A DNA stretch of 64,000 nucleotides from Azolla caroliniana (taxonomy: Eukaryota > Plantae > Polypodiophyta), in contig JBHGNT010000002.1 of the NCBI GenBank assembly GCA_043228905.1, forward strand, positions 19,468,001-19,532,000. The letters run 5' to 3'. The notes beneath the pieces were generated by a model, which did not search any database, was not told the DNA's origin, and saw nothing but the letters and a program-made list of their open reading frames with translations. A program made the translations under genes and the position numbers. Positions within the stretch are counted from its first letter, which is position 1. Each line of letters opens with the position of its first letter. This document shows, piece by piece, positions 28,918-41,150 of this stretch.

Positions 28918-30669
28918 TTAATGGGGATTTGGGGATCTAATATATTTAGTTTTGACTAGATAAGAATAGAGTGATTTGGACTTGGTCCAACATATGAAAG
29001 GCTTAGGAATGTTTTTTAGTTGGGAATCTAGGCTAAGGTCGGTGTGTAAGTCTTTTAAGAACGAGTGGATACCTAATTTAGGGGAGTTTTTAGAGTACCT
29101 AAGCTTGAATATGGTAGGTGTAAGGGAAGTTTTGTTTTTATGCTTATGGATGAGAGTATTCCTAAGGGAGAAAGGATGTTTATTAAAGGCTTTAAGGATG
29201 AAATTTGGTGGGTAACCTCGGCTAATGAGTCTAAGGAAGAAACGTTTTTTCATTTCTAGGTACCCTATAGGTGTGCTTTCTCTAACTAGGTAGCGTTTTA
29301 ATTCGTTCGAAATAAAATTTTGTTTGACGTGTATAGGATACTCTGAGGACTAGGGAAGATATTGATAGGAATTTAATGGTTTTTGGAAACAATTGAAAGA
29401 GAACTTAGAGTTCTCTAGATTGATCCAAATATCCAAGAAAGGGAGCCTAGTGGGGGATGTATGGATCATAAGTTTAATAGAGTTATTGGTCATAAGGCTA
29501 TAGAAAATGAGGTAGTCTAAGAGTTGGGGTTTCGTACCTGTCCAAACCCCGAATGCATCATCTATGTACCTAGTAAAATAGAAGAGATGGGGTGTGGTTT
29601 GTGAGTTTTCTAGGTGTGATAAGAAAAGGCATGCATAGACAACTGAGAAGTTGCTACCCATGGCTATTCCTTTGATTTGTTGGTATACTTGATTATCGAA
29701 GGTTAGATAGTGATACTCTAGGGTTAGAGCGCTAAGGGTATAGATAAGATTGGTCTTGGCTAAGGAAAATTGGGGAGAGATGATATGGCGAAGTGCTTCG
29801 AGTCCTAACTTAGGGGGGATGTTAGGATAAAGGGATTCTACATCAAAAGAGAAGATGAAACTGTTAGGAGGGGGGGTTAGTTGTTCTAGTTTTTGGATGA
29901 GTGAGTGTGAGTCTTTTAGGTATTGTTTTTGGAGTACTAGGATGGGTAATAGTTGAAAATGTAGCCATTTCGAGGTTTGCTCGAATATCGAGTTATTATA
30001 AGAACAGATGGGTCTAAAGCTAATGGGTGTTTTATGGAGTTTAGGGAGAAAGTAAATGTTAGATACTTGATATCCCTTTACGGGTTTATGGAGTATGTAA
30101 TTAGCTTCGATAAAGGAAAGTGTCCTTAGATTTTTTTGCACTATACTATTTAGGCGATATAAGAGTTCTTCTAATGGAAAATGGGTTACTTTTCTATAGG
30201 TGGTGGTATCCGAGAGGTGGTTTATAGCTTTTTCATAATAGGTATCTTTGTCTAGAACACATACTCCCATGTTCTTATCAGCCGGAAGAACGATAATTTG
30301 GTTGTTTTTCCTAAGGCTCTTAAGGGTTGTGCGAAGGTGAAATGGTGTCCTAATGGGTTTGGGTTTAGGTTGTTGGAGTTTAGACAAAAGGAGGGTTTCA
30401 TGTTTTTTAATAATATTTTCAAGAGGGGGATATTGAGATGGTGGATTCCAGTTAGAATTTGGTAGTTTAAATGGATTAAGGGGGGGTGAGTCCATGTCTC
30501 TAAAGAAATGTTTTAAACGTAAAGATCTACTTAAACTAGCAAATTCTTTAATGATAGTATTAGTGGAAGGTAGAGAGGATGGTGGAATGTATTTGAGTCC
30601 TAAGCTTAGCAATTGTGTTTCATTATTTGTGAGGGGGTGTTTAGATAAATTGTGAATTTTACTTTCTAT
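28918..30669 (-). pseudogene. Penelope-like reverse transcriptase, one internal TAG at 29350, no C-terminal GIY-YIG
   Basis: HNLSKHPLT..LLSLGLKY, PADKNMG, LPKLHK..RPI, FDVESLYPNIP, GIAMGS, RYIDD, PFLD, QKP..QYLP*SS, RGYP; the two ORF pieces share a frame. Confidence 0.9.
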
Positions 30670-31197
30670 TCAAAGGGTAGCACTAAGTGGTTTCCAAAAC
30701 TTTTTTCGTGGTCTATTACTATTGGATTTTTTATGGCGTGGGCAGAAGGGGAAAGATGTATTTGTATTACCTAGCCACATAAAAGTGTCTGGGGTGGAGG
30801 TGGTCCTATTAAGAAGATAAAATAGGCATCTACAAGGATGCACGACGTGTCTAAAGTGTTTGTTAACACGCTTAGCACGCCGTGCTAGTCGTTTTTTGGT
30901 CGGCTAGAAGGTGGGTTCCTATGGTGTGTGGTAGGGGGAGGATTAGTGGAGTGTGGTGTATTTCTATAATGTTTATGATTAGGATAGGAGGGAGGGGTGG
31001 TGTGGTGGGTGAAGGGGGTTTTTATATTAGAGAGGGGATAATAAGAAGGAGGTTTATTAAGATACGAGGAAGGGGTAGAGTATGAATTAGAGGGGGGGGG
31101 TTTCAACAAATGGGGTAAAAAAAAAGTGAGATAAAGGAGGGGGAGGGGTAGTATGTGAATTAGGGGCAAAATAGGGGGGGGGGGGGGGGGACATGAG

Positions 31198-32490
31198 TTA
31201 GATTATCGGGAAGTAATGCAGGGGCATGTATGAGATATGGAAATAATTGAGAGGGAGAGGGGAGGGGATGAGGCATTTGTTCATAGAGGCTGCCTCCATA
31301 TGAAGACAAAGGGGGATGTGAGGAGGGAACCGAGAAATGGGAGTAATTAGGGTTCTAAAAACGTGAGAGGTGAGGCTGTTGTGAGCATGGATGAGGGGTT
31401 GGAAGGAGGGGCGGCGCAAATGTGTGTTGGCTGCCTTGCGCAGTCCCAAACAACGCACCATGTAGGGAGGGGGAAGTGTGCACGAGATGGCTGTCCATAC
31501 TCGTTTACAATAGGGGGGGGGGAACGATTGATGAAAGAGGCCACGATCAACCACGGCATGTTGCTGGTTATTGTGCAGTGGATCACGTTTCTGTGATGTC
31601 CAATTATTGTAGGGCGTACCATGTGTACAGCGGAGAAGGGGCGGTGGCGGCGGCGAGAAGTTTTGTTGGCGGCTTTGATTCGTAACAGAGTGTTGAAATT
31701 GTTGTCTTGAAATGTTTGGCAGGTGCGGTTGACGATAGTATGGTGGATGGAGCTCGGGGACGGTGTTAGGAGCCGGAGGACTTATATGAGCGGGGAGATG
31801 ACCGAGGCCTATCGTTGCGAAAGCTTGTGGTGAGCGAGAATGGTGCGGTTCATTATTGGCAAAGTTTGGGTTATGAAAAAGAACTTGAGGCCCTCCATGG
31901 TTGGGATAAGGTTTAAATGCTTGTTTAACCTCATTAGTTGCGGTGTTGCAGGTGAAAAGGAGGTTAGATGCTCGATGACAAGGACGTTGCGCTTGTTTGG
32001 AGTTATTATTGGAGCGGTGGTTTGGGTTAGGGTGAGAGTTAGGAAAAGGGTTAGTGGTATTTTTGGAATTAGAGTTAGTGTTTGGGTTAGACTTAGGTTC
32101 TGGATTAGGGTTTAGGGTAAAGTTTAGATTCTTTTTGGGGTTGGGTGTGGGTGTGTGATTAGAATTTTTATTTAGGTTAATAGTATGGGGGACAGAATTT
32201 TTAGTGTTATTTATCTCGACTTCTACGGGAGCAATGTACGAGGGACTGTCATAAAACATTTCATTATCATTTTCTTCTTCCCCTTCATACATTGTAATGT
32301 CTATATCTCTAATATTAGGGTTTTCATATCTATTTTGTGCTCTTGTTTTATCTCTAAGTTCCGTGGCCGTTCTCTTAAGTGTATCATCAATGTTGTGATT
32401 TAGTGCGAAATCGTCACACATTTTTAGGATTTCAGAGCCGAAATCTTGTAGTAACGTATTAATTGTTTCTTGAAAATTAGCTGACTCAAC
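31198..32490 (-). CDS. PLE ORF1 (N/P/Q-rich, 5'-truncated, unknown function)
   Basis: Over 400 open codons upstream of the RT on the same strand; frame is open to the junction near 32490. Confidence 0.5.
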   Translation of the reverse strand, partial: VESANFQETINTLLQDFGSEILKMCDDFALNHNIDDTLKRTATELRDKTRAQNRYENPNIRDIDITMYEGEEENDNEMFYDSPSYIAPVEVEINNTKNSVPHTINLNKNSNHTPTPNPKKNLNFTLNPNPEPKSNPNTNSNSKNTTNPFPNSHPNPNHRSNNNSKQAQRPCHRASNLLFTCNTATNEVKQAFKPYPNHGGPQVLFHNPNFANNEPHHSRSPQAFATIGLGHLPAHISPPAPNTVPELHPPYYRQPHLPNISRQQFQHSVTNQSRQQNFSPPPPPLLRCTHGTPYNNWTSQKRDPLHNNQQHAVVDRGLFHQSFPPPYCKRVWTAISCTLPPPYMVRCLGLRKAANTHLRRPSFQPLIHAHNSLTSHVFRTLITPISRFPPHIPLCLHMEAASMNKCLIPSPLPLNYFHISYMPLHYFPII

Positions 32491-32998
32491 ATATGATGAT
32501 ACATCCTCAAAATGGGAGACGGTTCACGCGCAAAGAGAAGGGGAAGAAGAAGATGTCAGATTATGAAACCGGTAATGATGAGTCAGATCAGAGCGGATCC
32601 GACTCCGGAAAGGAAAATGACGGCTCTTCGGCACCAAAGACCGAACCGGCCAAGAAGGGCCTCAAACCGGGTAACGGTGGGTTACGCCGGTCAACCCGCC
32701 AACAGGAACCTGTTAAGTGGTATGGGTACAATGAGTACATGGCGCATCACTATGCGTACATGACCTAGGTGGTGGAAGTGCGTGAGTCAGAGAGTTACGC
32801 AGAAGCGGCAAGGGATGCAAATTGGCGTGCCGCTATGGAGGAAGAGATGCGGGCACTTGATGCCAACGATACATGGGACCTGGTTGACCCTCCCCATCAC
32901 AGTAAACCGATCGGATGCAAGTGGTTGTACAAGGTAAAGTACAACGCCAACGATTCAATTAACCGGTACAAGGCCCGGTTAGTGGCAAAGGGATACGC

Positions 32999-33796
32999 TG
33001 TCGAGATATTACGCAAGTGCGTGTGGAAACGAGGCGGGACCGCGGGGGTCTCGAACCAAAGAGCAAGCGAGGGAGGAGAAAGAGAGAGAACCGGCTACGC
33101 AGGACCGGGGATACACAGGGACACGGCCCTTCAGCACGGAGAACGCGAACAGACACCGACACAGACAGATGCGAATGACTAAATATGTATATTAACAAAA
33201 AAAAAAATGGCTAACACGACTACAACCCTCGATGGGGCACAGGTTGGTTACAACCGAACAGGCCGGCGAACAGATGCCGATGCTTGTTCGCTTCGACGCA
33301 CAAAGGGGTAGCAGGTCGGAGGTGCTACCGGAAGCACTCGGGCGTTCCTCGAAACAGCGCGAGCCTCCTCGGAACCCTGCACAGAAAGCTATGGAGCTCA
33401 AGAAGGAAGGAAACAGAGAGAGAAGCGTCCAGAAACGGTCCGACAGCACTTCGTCCTCTCTGCGCGAGATGCCTGCAACAGCTCTTTCCTGCTCCTTATA
33501 TAGGCCGACGAGCAGGCCGTCATGTCAGCTTTATTCCCTGTCCCTTTCGGACAGGGATCCGCTCCGTTCTTCACGCATCCGCGTAGTTACGCCGCCGACT
33601 CGTACAGTTCCTTAGCTCGCGCGCGCGACCGAAAAGACTGTTCGCGCGGTCTTTGTCTCCACTTGTCTTAGGGCCCGTTCCTGCCGATTATCCTCCTAAT
33701 TCGCTTCTATGTACAACTTGGAGCGTGCGCGCGTGAAGAACCGGTTCCCACGCCTTGGTGCGCCGATTCCGCTTATGGACGGTTTTCTTCACGACA
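32999..33796 (-). repeat. 3' LTR of Gypsy A (798 bp)
   Basis: TGTCG...CGACA ends; 33030-33796 matches 47398-48161 with 4 substitutions and one 3-bp indel seen. Confidence 0.92.
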
Positions 33797-33867
33797 TCCG
33801 CCCCCACCTAACCGCGCATCCTCCGGTATGCGCCAAGAGAGTTGGGACGGAGAAAACCGGCCCGTCT

Positions 33868-36551
33868 TCATTCCTCGCCCGTCGGTTCTTCCTCGCTTTC
33901 GGATCGTTCGTCACTGCTGACTAGGAGAGCCGGGTCTGGCTCGTCGTCGTGTTGCTTCTTGAACGCTTTGATCCGCTTCCCTGCAACCGGTATCGCCATT
34001 CTCGTGCCGTCGAGTTCCGCCAGGTGATATGTCCCGTTGTCATTGGCGCTCCGTACCACGTAAGGCCCGAACCACCTTCGTGCGAACTTCCGTGTAGCTC
34101 GGTGCTGGTTGTCGAGGCTGCTGTCGTAGACGAGCACCCAGTCACCTTCTTCGATTTTCTTCTGTCGGAGCCGGTGCGTTCGGTCGAACCTGGCTTTGTT
34201 CTTTGTCCTCGCCACCCGGAGCTTCTCCGCAGCCAGTTCCACGTCCTCCGGTCTCCGCTCGAGCTGTCATATACGCGCAGCCAACAACTCCTCCCGGCTC
34301 ATCTCGTCCCTCCAGTCGACCGTTGCCCACGAGGAGATCGTCCGTTCCATCGGCATGATCGGCTTCTGGCCGAACATGAGCTCCGTCGGCATGTACCCGG
34401 TTACCGAACTGTGCGTGGTTCGGTCTGCCCACAAAGCATAAGGTAGCAGCCGCGGCCAGTTACCGACTTGGCCTCCGCATGCTCGAACCAGCGCCTTGAC
34501 AATCGGCCCGTGTCTGCGCTCCACCTTTCCATTCGCCTCCGGATTGTACGCAGTGGTGAGCGAGAGCTTGACTCCCAGCCGGTCCAACAGCTCCGCGGCT
34601 TCTTCGGCGTCCAACTCCCCTCGGTCAGCCACGATCTTCCCGACGCATCCGTTCCGGCATATCACGTCCTCGATTAGGAACCGACATACGGCCGTAGTCG
34701 TTTTGTTCCGAAGGGCTCGGCATTCCACCTGGTTCGTCAGATCTTCCCGCGCTAGGACCAGATACCGCATCTGTCCTACTCCCATTGGCATCGTTACCAG
34801 ATCTACCATCCATTTGAAATGGATGGCCGGAGGGTACGTAGGGTGAAGCGCGTCTCGATGTCGGACTATGGAGTGCATCTGACAGCTCTCGCAAGTTGTC
34901 ACGAACCGATGCACGTCCTGGTACTGCCCCGGCCACCAATACTTCCCCTTCAGTTTCTCAAACGTAGCCCATGTTCCACGGTGTCCAGCCCAAGGGCTGT
35001 CGTGGTAGGCCGCTAGCAGCTCCTCCTGATCTTCCTTCATTGCCACCACCCGGAGCGGGACGCCGTTCCTCTTCTTCGGGTGCTTCCACAAGTATCCATC
35101 CCGGAGAAAGAACCGGTACGCTTTCTTCCGGATCCGGTTGGCCTCGTCCTTCGTCCATGACGCATCGGGCGTCATTGTCTTCAAAAACCCACCGATCTGC
35201 AGCCACTCCCCGTCGTACTTGCTCGCGTCGAAGTCGTTAAGCGCCGGAGTGCTTGTTCCGTCGGTTGTTACATACGCAGTCTCGAAGAAGTCCACGCCGA
35301 CCTCTTCGTCCTCCGAAACCATGCCGCCCTCGTCATCGAATCTCGCCCTTGAAAGCATGTCGGCCATGGCGTTGTCTTTCCCGGAAATGTGTCGTATTTC
35401 CGGGTCCAGGGACTTGATGTACGCTATCCACCTGAGCATTGCCAGGTCCGGCGTCGCGCATCCGGAAACCATGCCGAGAATCGGCATGCAATCCGTCTCT
35501 ATGATTACCTCTATCCCGATCAGATAGTCCTTGTCGGCCTTCACCGCCGAAACGATACCCCAGAGTTCGCGTTTAACCTGGGCGTATCCTCGCTGCCGCT
35601 CACTGAGGACCTTCGCGCCGAATCGGATCGGAAACCGATTGCCGTCCTCGTCTTCTTGGTTGACGACCCACCCGATTCCGGTCGGACTCGTGTCAACCGT
35701 TATGTACACTGGGGTGCCCTTCCTGTAGACGGCCTTTCGGAGCGCCGGTGCTGCCGAAAGAGCCTCCTTCAGCTTCTGGACCGACTCCGTGTGCTTGTCT
35801 AGCCATTCGAATCTTCGCCCTTTCTTCAATAATCCGTACAGCGGCTCCGCGACGTGCGCGTAATGCGGGATCCATATGTGGTAGAAGGCGCATGCTCCCA
35901 AGAATCTTCGTACTTCCATGACCGAGCTGCAATCAGGCTTCATCGCGGAGATGGCTTCTACCTTTGCCGGAGACGGTTTCCGGCCATATGGTCCACATAA
36001 ATGTCCGACCACCATGATTTCCGACTGCCCGAAGGCTGACTTCTCCCCCGAGAAGGTGAGCCTCGCATCCTCTAGCCTTTGCAGCACCTTCTCGCAGTCG
36101 TCGACGTGCGTCATCACGAATCGCCGGCATCCGTCCGGCCCGATCGTCTCGTCCTTCTCTTCTACCGGGCATCCCTTGATCGGGATGTCGTCTAGAAACC
36201 GCATGGTGATGTCCGGGATGCAGTCCCTCAGCACCTTGTTCATTGCATTCACCATGTGGGCCACCGAGTTGGTCCCTCCTTGCGGCAGCGTACACATCCG
36301 CACTAGGCCGAGGGGAGTTCGCATCGTCGTAATGTCTCTGCTCTCCACGGCTAGCTGGAACTAGTCGTACCCTGAGTATAGATCACCGACCGAGTAAATC
36401 GACCTTCCGGCGAAGGCCTCCGCGAACTCGTCTATGGTCGGTCCGATCCCTGCGTTCCGAATGGTCACCCTATTGACCGGTTGCAGGTCCTGAATGAAGC
36501 GCAATGATCCGTTTTTCTTTGGTACGGTAAACCATCGGTTTGAATACGGGG
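33868..36551 (-). pseudogene. Gypsy A pol (RT-RNaseH-INT)
   Basis: LPQGGTNS, FLDD, TVDTS, ETDC, HDSPWAGHRG, MVDLV, ADRGE, NGKVER; nonsense codons at 36361 and 34267. Confidence 0.9.
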
Positions 36552-37686
36552 TGTCGTGGCGTGGCTTGCCTAGAAGCGTAGCGTTGCGTAGACAAATGAA
36601 ATCGTGAAAGTGAGGAAGGAATCACTGGGATTATGGACGGAAGAGACGAAAGAGTAGAGATAGATAAATAGTGATCAACAAGATATGACAATATAGGATA
36701 TAGAATGATATTTGAAGCAATAAAAGAGATTTATAATTATTTGATAAAAGAGTTACAAAATGATTGTGCACATCGTTGAACCTCCGAACTTTGTCTTGCA
36801 AGGTAATCGCTCTTCTCTTTCTTGATCGTAGACCATTACAATCTTCACTTCAATATTTTGATGAAGATAAGGCTCGAACCGCCTCCCTCTTGTTGAGAGT
36901 TGACCACCACGACCGCCAAGCTAGAGCTCTACGTTTATGTTAAACTTCTTCCCTTCTTTCTCTATTTTTATGGTATCTCTTATGAAATACATAATTTGAT
37001 TGATATCTCATACATATCTCCCTTTGATATTCTCTTTCACCATTTAAATAGGTGCCCCCATGCATATGATGCATTGGAGGGTACAAATCATGCATGTAGT
37101 GCATGAAATGCATGTGATGCATGATCGTCATTTGGCGTTCATGTATTACATGTGATGCATGATAAACATCTCGCTCATTTGAGCTTTTATGTATGAAACA
37201 ATATATGCAATAACAATAAACATGAAAACATAATCTTAAAGAGAAAGGGCCTATCCTAATGGTAGGTGTGTCAACTTTGGTGTATGAGGTTGTGGGTTTG
37301 AGTCTCAAAATGCTATTGAATACAACATACAACTTTATTTTTATATCATGAAGCAAATCCTTTATGTAATATAAAGTATATATAAAGTATGTTTTATTTT
37401 ATGTATATTACTAGTATAGAGTAAATGGTAAGATTTGAGAGTCATAGGGTGGGGTTATTGGTTCAAGTCCTCTCTTGTTTGTGTAATATAATATATTTAT
37501 CTATATATATATATTATTTTTCTTTACATATATATAATATTATCATATGTGTTGTTAACATTATATAAAACATTATCAAATGTTATTTTAGTTACGTATT
37601 TATCTTATTGTAGACTTTTAATGTGAAGCTTTCGTACTTCACGACATCCACCCCCTCTAGACCTGCACATCCTCCGGCATGTGCCA

Positions 37687-40600
37687 CTATCTTTCATCTT
37701 CATGTTGATCTATTTGAGGAGGTTCAAGCTCAAACCTTTTCTTAAATACTTTTATCCTCTTTCCAGCTACCACGTTTAGGATTAGTGTCCCATCCAATTC
37801 ACTAAGCTTATAAGTAAAGTTATCATATACTTTTCTTACTATATAAGGCCCAAACCATCTTTCAGCGAACTTGCGGACGGTGCTATGTTGATTATCTAAA
37901 CTGCTATCATACACGAGCACCCAATCTCCTTCTTCTATTTTCTTAGGTCGAATTCTATGACTTTTATCAAAACGGATTTTATTCTTTAGTCGAGCCTCCT
38001 TCAATCGTTGGGCTGCTATTTCTATATCTTCAGGTCGACGCTCTAATTGTTGAATTCGCAAAGCAAGCAATTCTTCTCTGCTCACCTCTTCTCTCCATGG
38101 AATAGATATCCATGACATAATTGATTCTTCTATCGGCATGATGGGCTTTTGGCCAAGTATCAATTCAGCTGGCATGTATCCTGTTACTGAACTATGAGTT
38201 GTTCGATCCGCCCATAGTGCATAAGGTAGCATGCGTGGCCAATCTCTTATTTTACCTTTACAGCTTTTCACGATCGCCTTAACTATTGGGCTATGTCCTC
38301 TTTCAATCTTTCCATTGACTTCTGGATTATACGCAGTTGTAAGTGATAATTTGACCCCTATTCGGCTGAAGAATTCTCTAGCTTCTTCAGAGTCGAGTTC
38401 TCCTCTATCTGCAATTATTTTACCAACACACCCGTAACGACATATTACATCTTCTAACAAAAATTTACATACAGCTCTAGTTGTTTTTTGTCGTAGTGGT
38501 CTTCCTTCTACTTGGTTTGTAAGGTCTTCTCTTGCTAGTACTAAATATCGCATTTGACCTTCCCCAAGTGGCATTGTCACTAGATCAACCATCCATTTAT
38601 AATGCATTGATGATGAATATGTTGGTTTTAGCTCATCTCGATACCGGATAGTTGAATACCTCTGGCAAACCTCACAGGTTTCCACAAATTTCGTTACATC
38701 TTTATACATATGTGGCCACCAATACTTTTCTTTCAACTTCATAAATGTCGCCCATATGCCTCTATGTCCTGCCCACAAACTATCATGGAATTCATTAATT
38801 AATTTTCTCTTAACGTCATCCTTACAAATGACTCGAAGAGGATTCTCGGTTGGCCTTTTTGGACGCCTCCATAAATGCCCTTCATGTAAAAAAAACTTCA
38901 ATGCTCGTCTTCGAAATTCATTTAATTGTTTCTTTGACCATGATGGGTTGGCTTCTTGAGTCTTTAGAAAATTTCCTATTTCTAACCATTGACCTTCATA
39001 CTCTGTGTCTTTGAACATTATACTTACATAAAACTCATCATGAGGCGTAATAGATTCTTGATGAGCAAATTGATGGCTTGTAGTTGCCCAGTACTTATCT
39101 TCAGTTTGCATCACCTTTTAATTTATGAACCTTGCCCTTGACAGCATATCTGCAACTGGGTTGTCTTTTCCTTTTATATGCCGCAATTCTGGGTTCATGG
39201 TTCTGATGTATGCAATCCACCGAAGCATTGCAATATCTGGTGTCGTGCAACTTGCTATCATTCCAATGAGTGGCAAACAATCTGTTTCAACCACTACATC
39301 TGCTCCGATCAAGTAATCTCTATCTGTTTTTAATGCAGTAAGCAAACCCCACAATTCTCGTTTAACTTGTGCATAGTTTCTTTGTCTTTCATTTAATATC
39401 TTTGCTCCAAATCTGATAGCATATCGATGTTGGTCTTCATCTTCTTGGTTGATAACCCAACCGATCCCGATTGGGCTAGTATCAACTGTTACTATAATTG
39501 GTCTTTCACCTTTGTAGTCTGGTTGACGAAGAACTGGTGCTTTCAGTAATGCTTCTTTCAACTGTTGAACAACTTGTGTATGTTCATCAGTCCAAATAAA
39601 CTTCTTTCCTTTTCTTAAAAGTTGGTAGAGAGGATCTGAGACATGTGCAAAGTGTGGTAACCAAATATGATAAAACACACATGCACCCAAAAATCTTCTC
39701 ACCTCTGTTACCGAGTCGCAAACTTCCTTCATATTTTGTATTGCGTTAATTTTGATCGGTGAAGGCTTCCTCCCATACCACCCACACATATGACCAACTA
39801 TTAGAACTTCGTTTTGCCCAAAGCAAGACTTTGTTCCTGATAGTGTCAAATGTACCTGCTCAAGCTTATTTAAAATACTTTCACAGTCATTAATGTGATC
39901 CATCACAAACTTTCTACAACCATTTCCAACCATAGTCTCATCTTTCTCTCTTTCTAAGCATCCCTTAATAGGAATATCATCTAAAAATGGCATAGTTACC
40001 TTTGGGATGTACTCATGTAGAACCTTGTTCATTGCATTCATCATATGAGCAACTGAATTTGTCGCACCTTGAGGTAGAGTGCACATTCGAACCAACCCAA
40101 TTGGTGTTTTCATTGTTGTGATATTGCGACTATCAATTGCTAGTTGAAATTGGTCGTATCCTGAATATAGATCTCCCACAGAGTAAATCGCTCTTCCAGC
40201 AAACGCTTCTGCAAATTCATCAACGATCGGTCCGATTCCCGCATTTCGGATTGTGACCTTGTTGACTGGTTGTAGATCTTGAATGAATCTTAGAGAACCA
40301 TCTTTCTTCGGAACTGTGAACCATCTATTGGAGTATGGTGCATTTGAAGGCTCTAAAATCTTCATCTTGACTTTATCCTTCAACAGCTCCAACAATTGAG
40401 GTAATCGAGCTCTTGGTACTGCAATAGGCTTAAAATTCCAAGGAATATGAGGGATAGTAAATATTACCATTGGCGTCACCACCTTTGGATTTACACAACC
40501 AATCTCCTCAGCTTTGAATGCGAACGCTTTCCCATGCCTAAAGATCATTTCTTTGAAAGTCGCGATCTCTGATTGCAGAAGAAATTCACCCCTTCCGATT

Positions 40601-41150
40601 CTCAAGTTATTTATTGTCTCCGAAGTGAAGTGATGTCCAATCTTCTCTATTGGTCGAAGCATAGGCTCAGTTGCTGCTGCCTCCATCTTCTCTTCACTAC
40701 CAATAGGTAATGGTACTGCAGCAGGTTTGACCTTTTTATCTATTGTTTTGTATTTTGTATTACATAAACTTTCTACTTCTTCATATTTACAATTATACCT
40801 ATCAATCTCATAATACATATCAATTGAGTTTACATGTATCTTTCTAACATTCTCATCACCTTCTTTCAAATACATTTCTAACTCTTCTAAAGTATTTGCA
40901 AAAGAAATTTCTTCCATAACACTTTCAATCTGCTCTTCCATTTCAAGTACTCCATTATCCTTCAATGCCTGCTGAAACAAATTAGCATTCTTTTTCAAGT
41001 TCCTCTTGCATTCATACATCCTAGTCACACATATAGCACCACTTTCAGAAACATGAAATGACTTATTCATATGTTGTAATGCCCTATATGAGGGTCTTTT
41101 AATAATGGGACTATTGCAACCCTCACTCGCAACAGTCCTAGTCAAAAACC
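37687..41150 (-). pseudogene. Gypsy B pol (RT-RNaseH-INT), one in-frame TAA at 39118
   Basis: FIQDLQPVN, DLYSGYDQ, LPQGATNS, PFLDD, HDSLWAGHRG, GKIERGH; ORFs 39118-41169 and 37687-39114 share a frame. Confidence 0.92.

Larger units (their letters stand above)
28438..32492 (-). mobile_element. Penelope-like retroelement (PLE), apparently endonuclease-deficient, 5'-truncated
   Basis: ORF1 followed by a PLE-type RT ORF and a 3' hammerhead motif; strongly C/A-rich sense strand; boundaries approximate. Confidence 0.85.

Noticed and set aside
29350-29352. Programmed readthrough or selenocysteine in the PLE RT
   Set aside because: The codon is TAG, not TGA, and is best explained as TGG>TAG decay
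32020-32120. TTAGGG/TTTAGGG-like words in PLE ORF1 as a telomeric signature
   Set aside because: Only about two adjacent units, explained by Asn-Pro codons; no array
36940-37356. 138-aa His/Met-rich ORF repeated three times
   Set aside because: Lies in near-identical LTRs and arises from atgc-rich simple sequence
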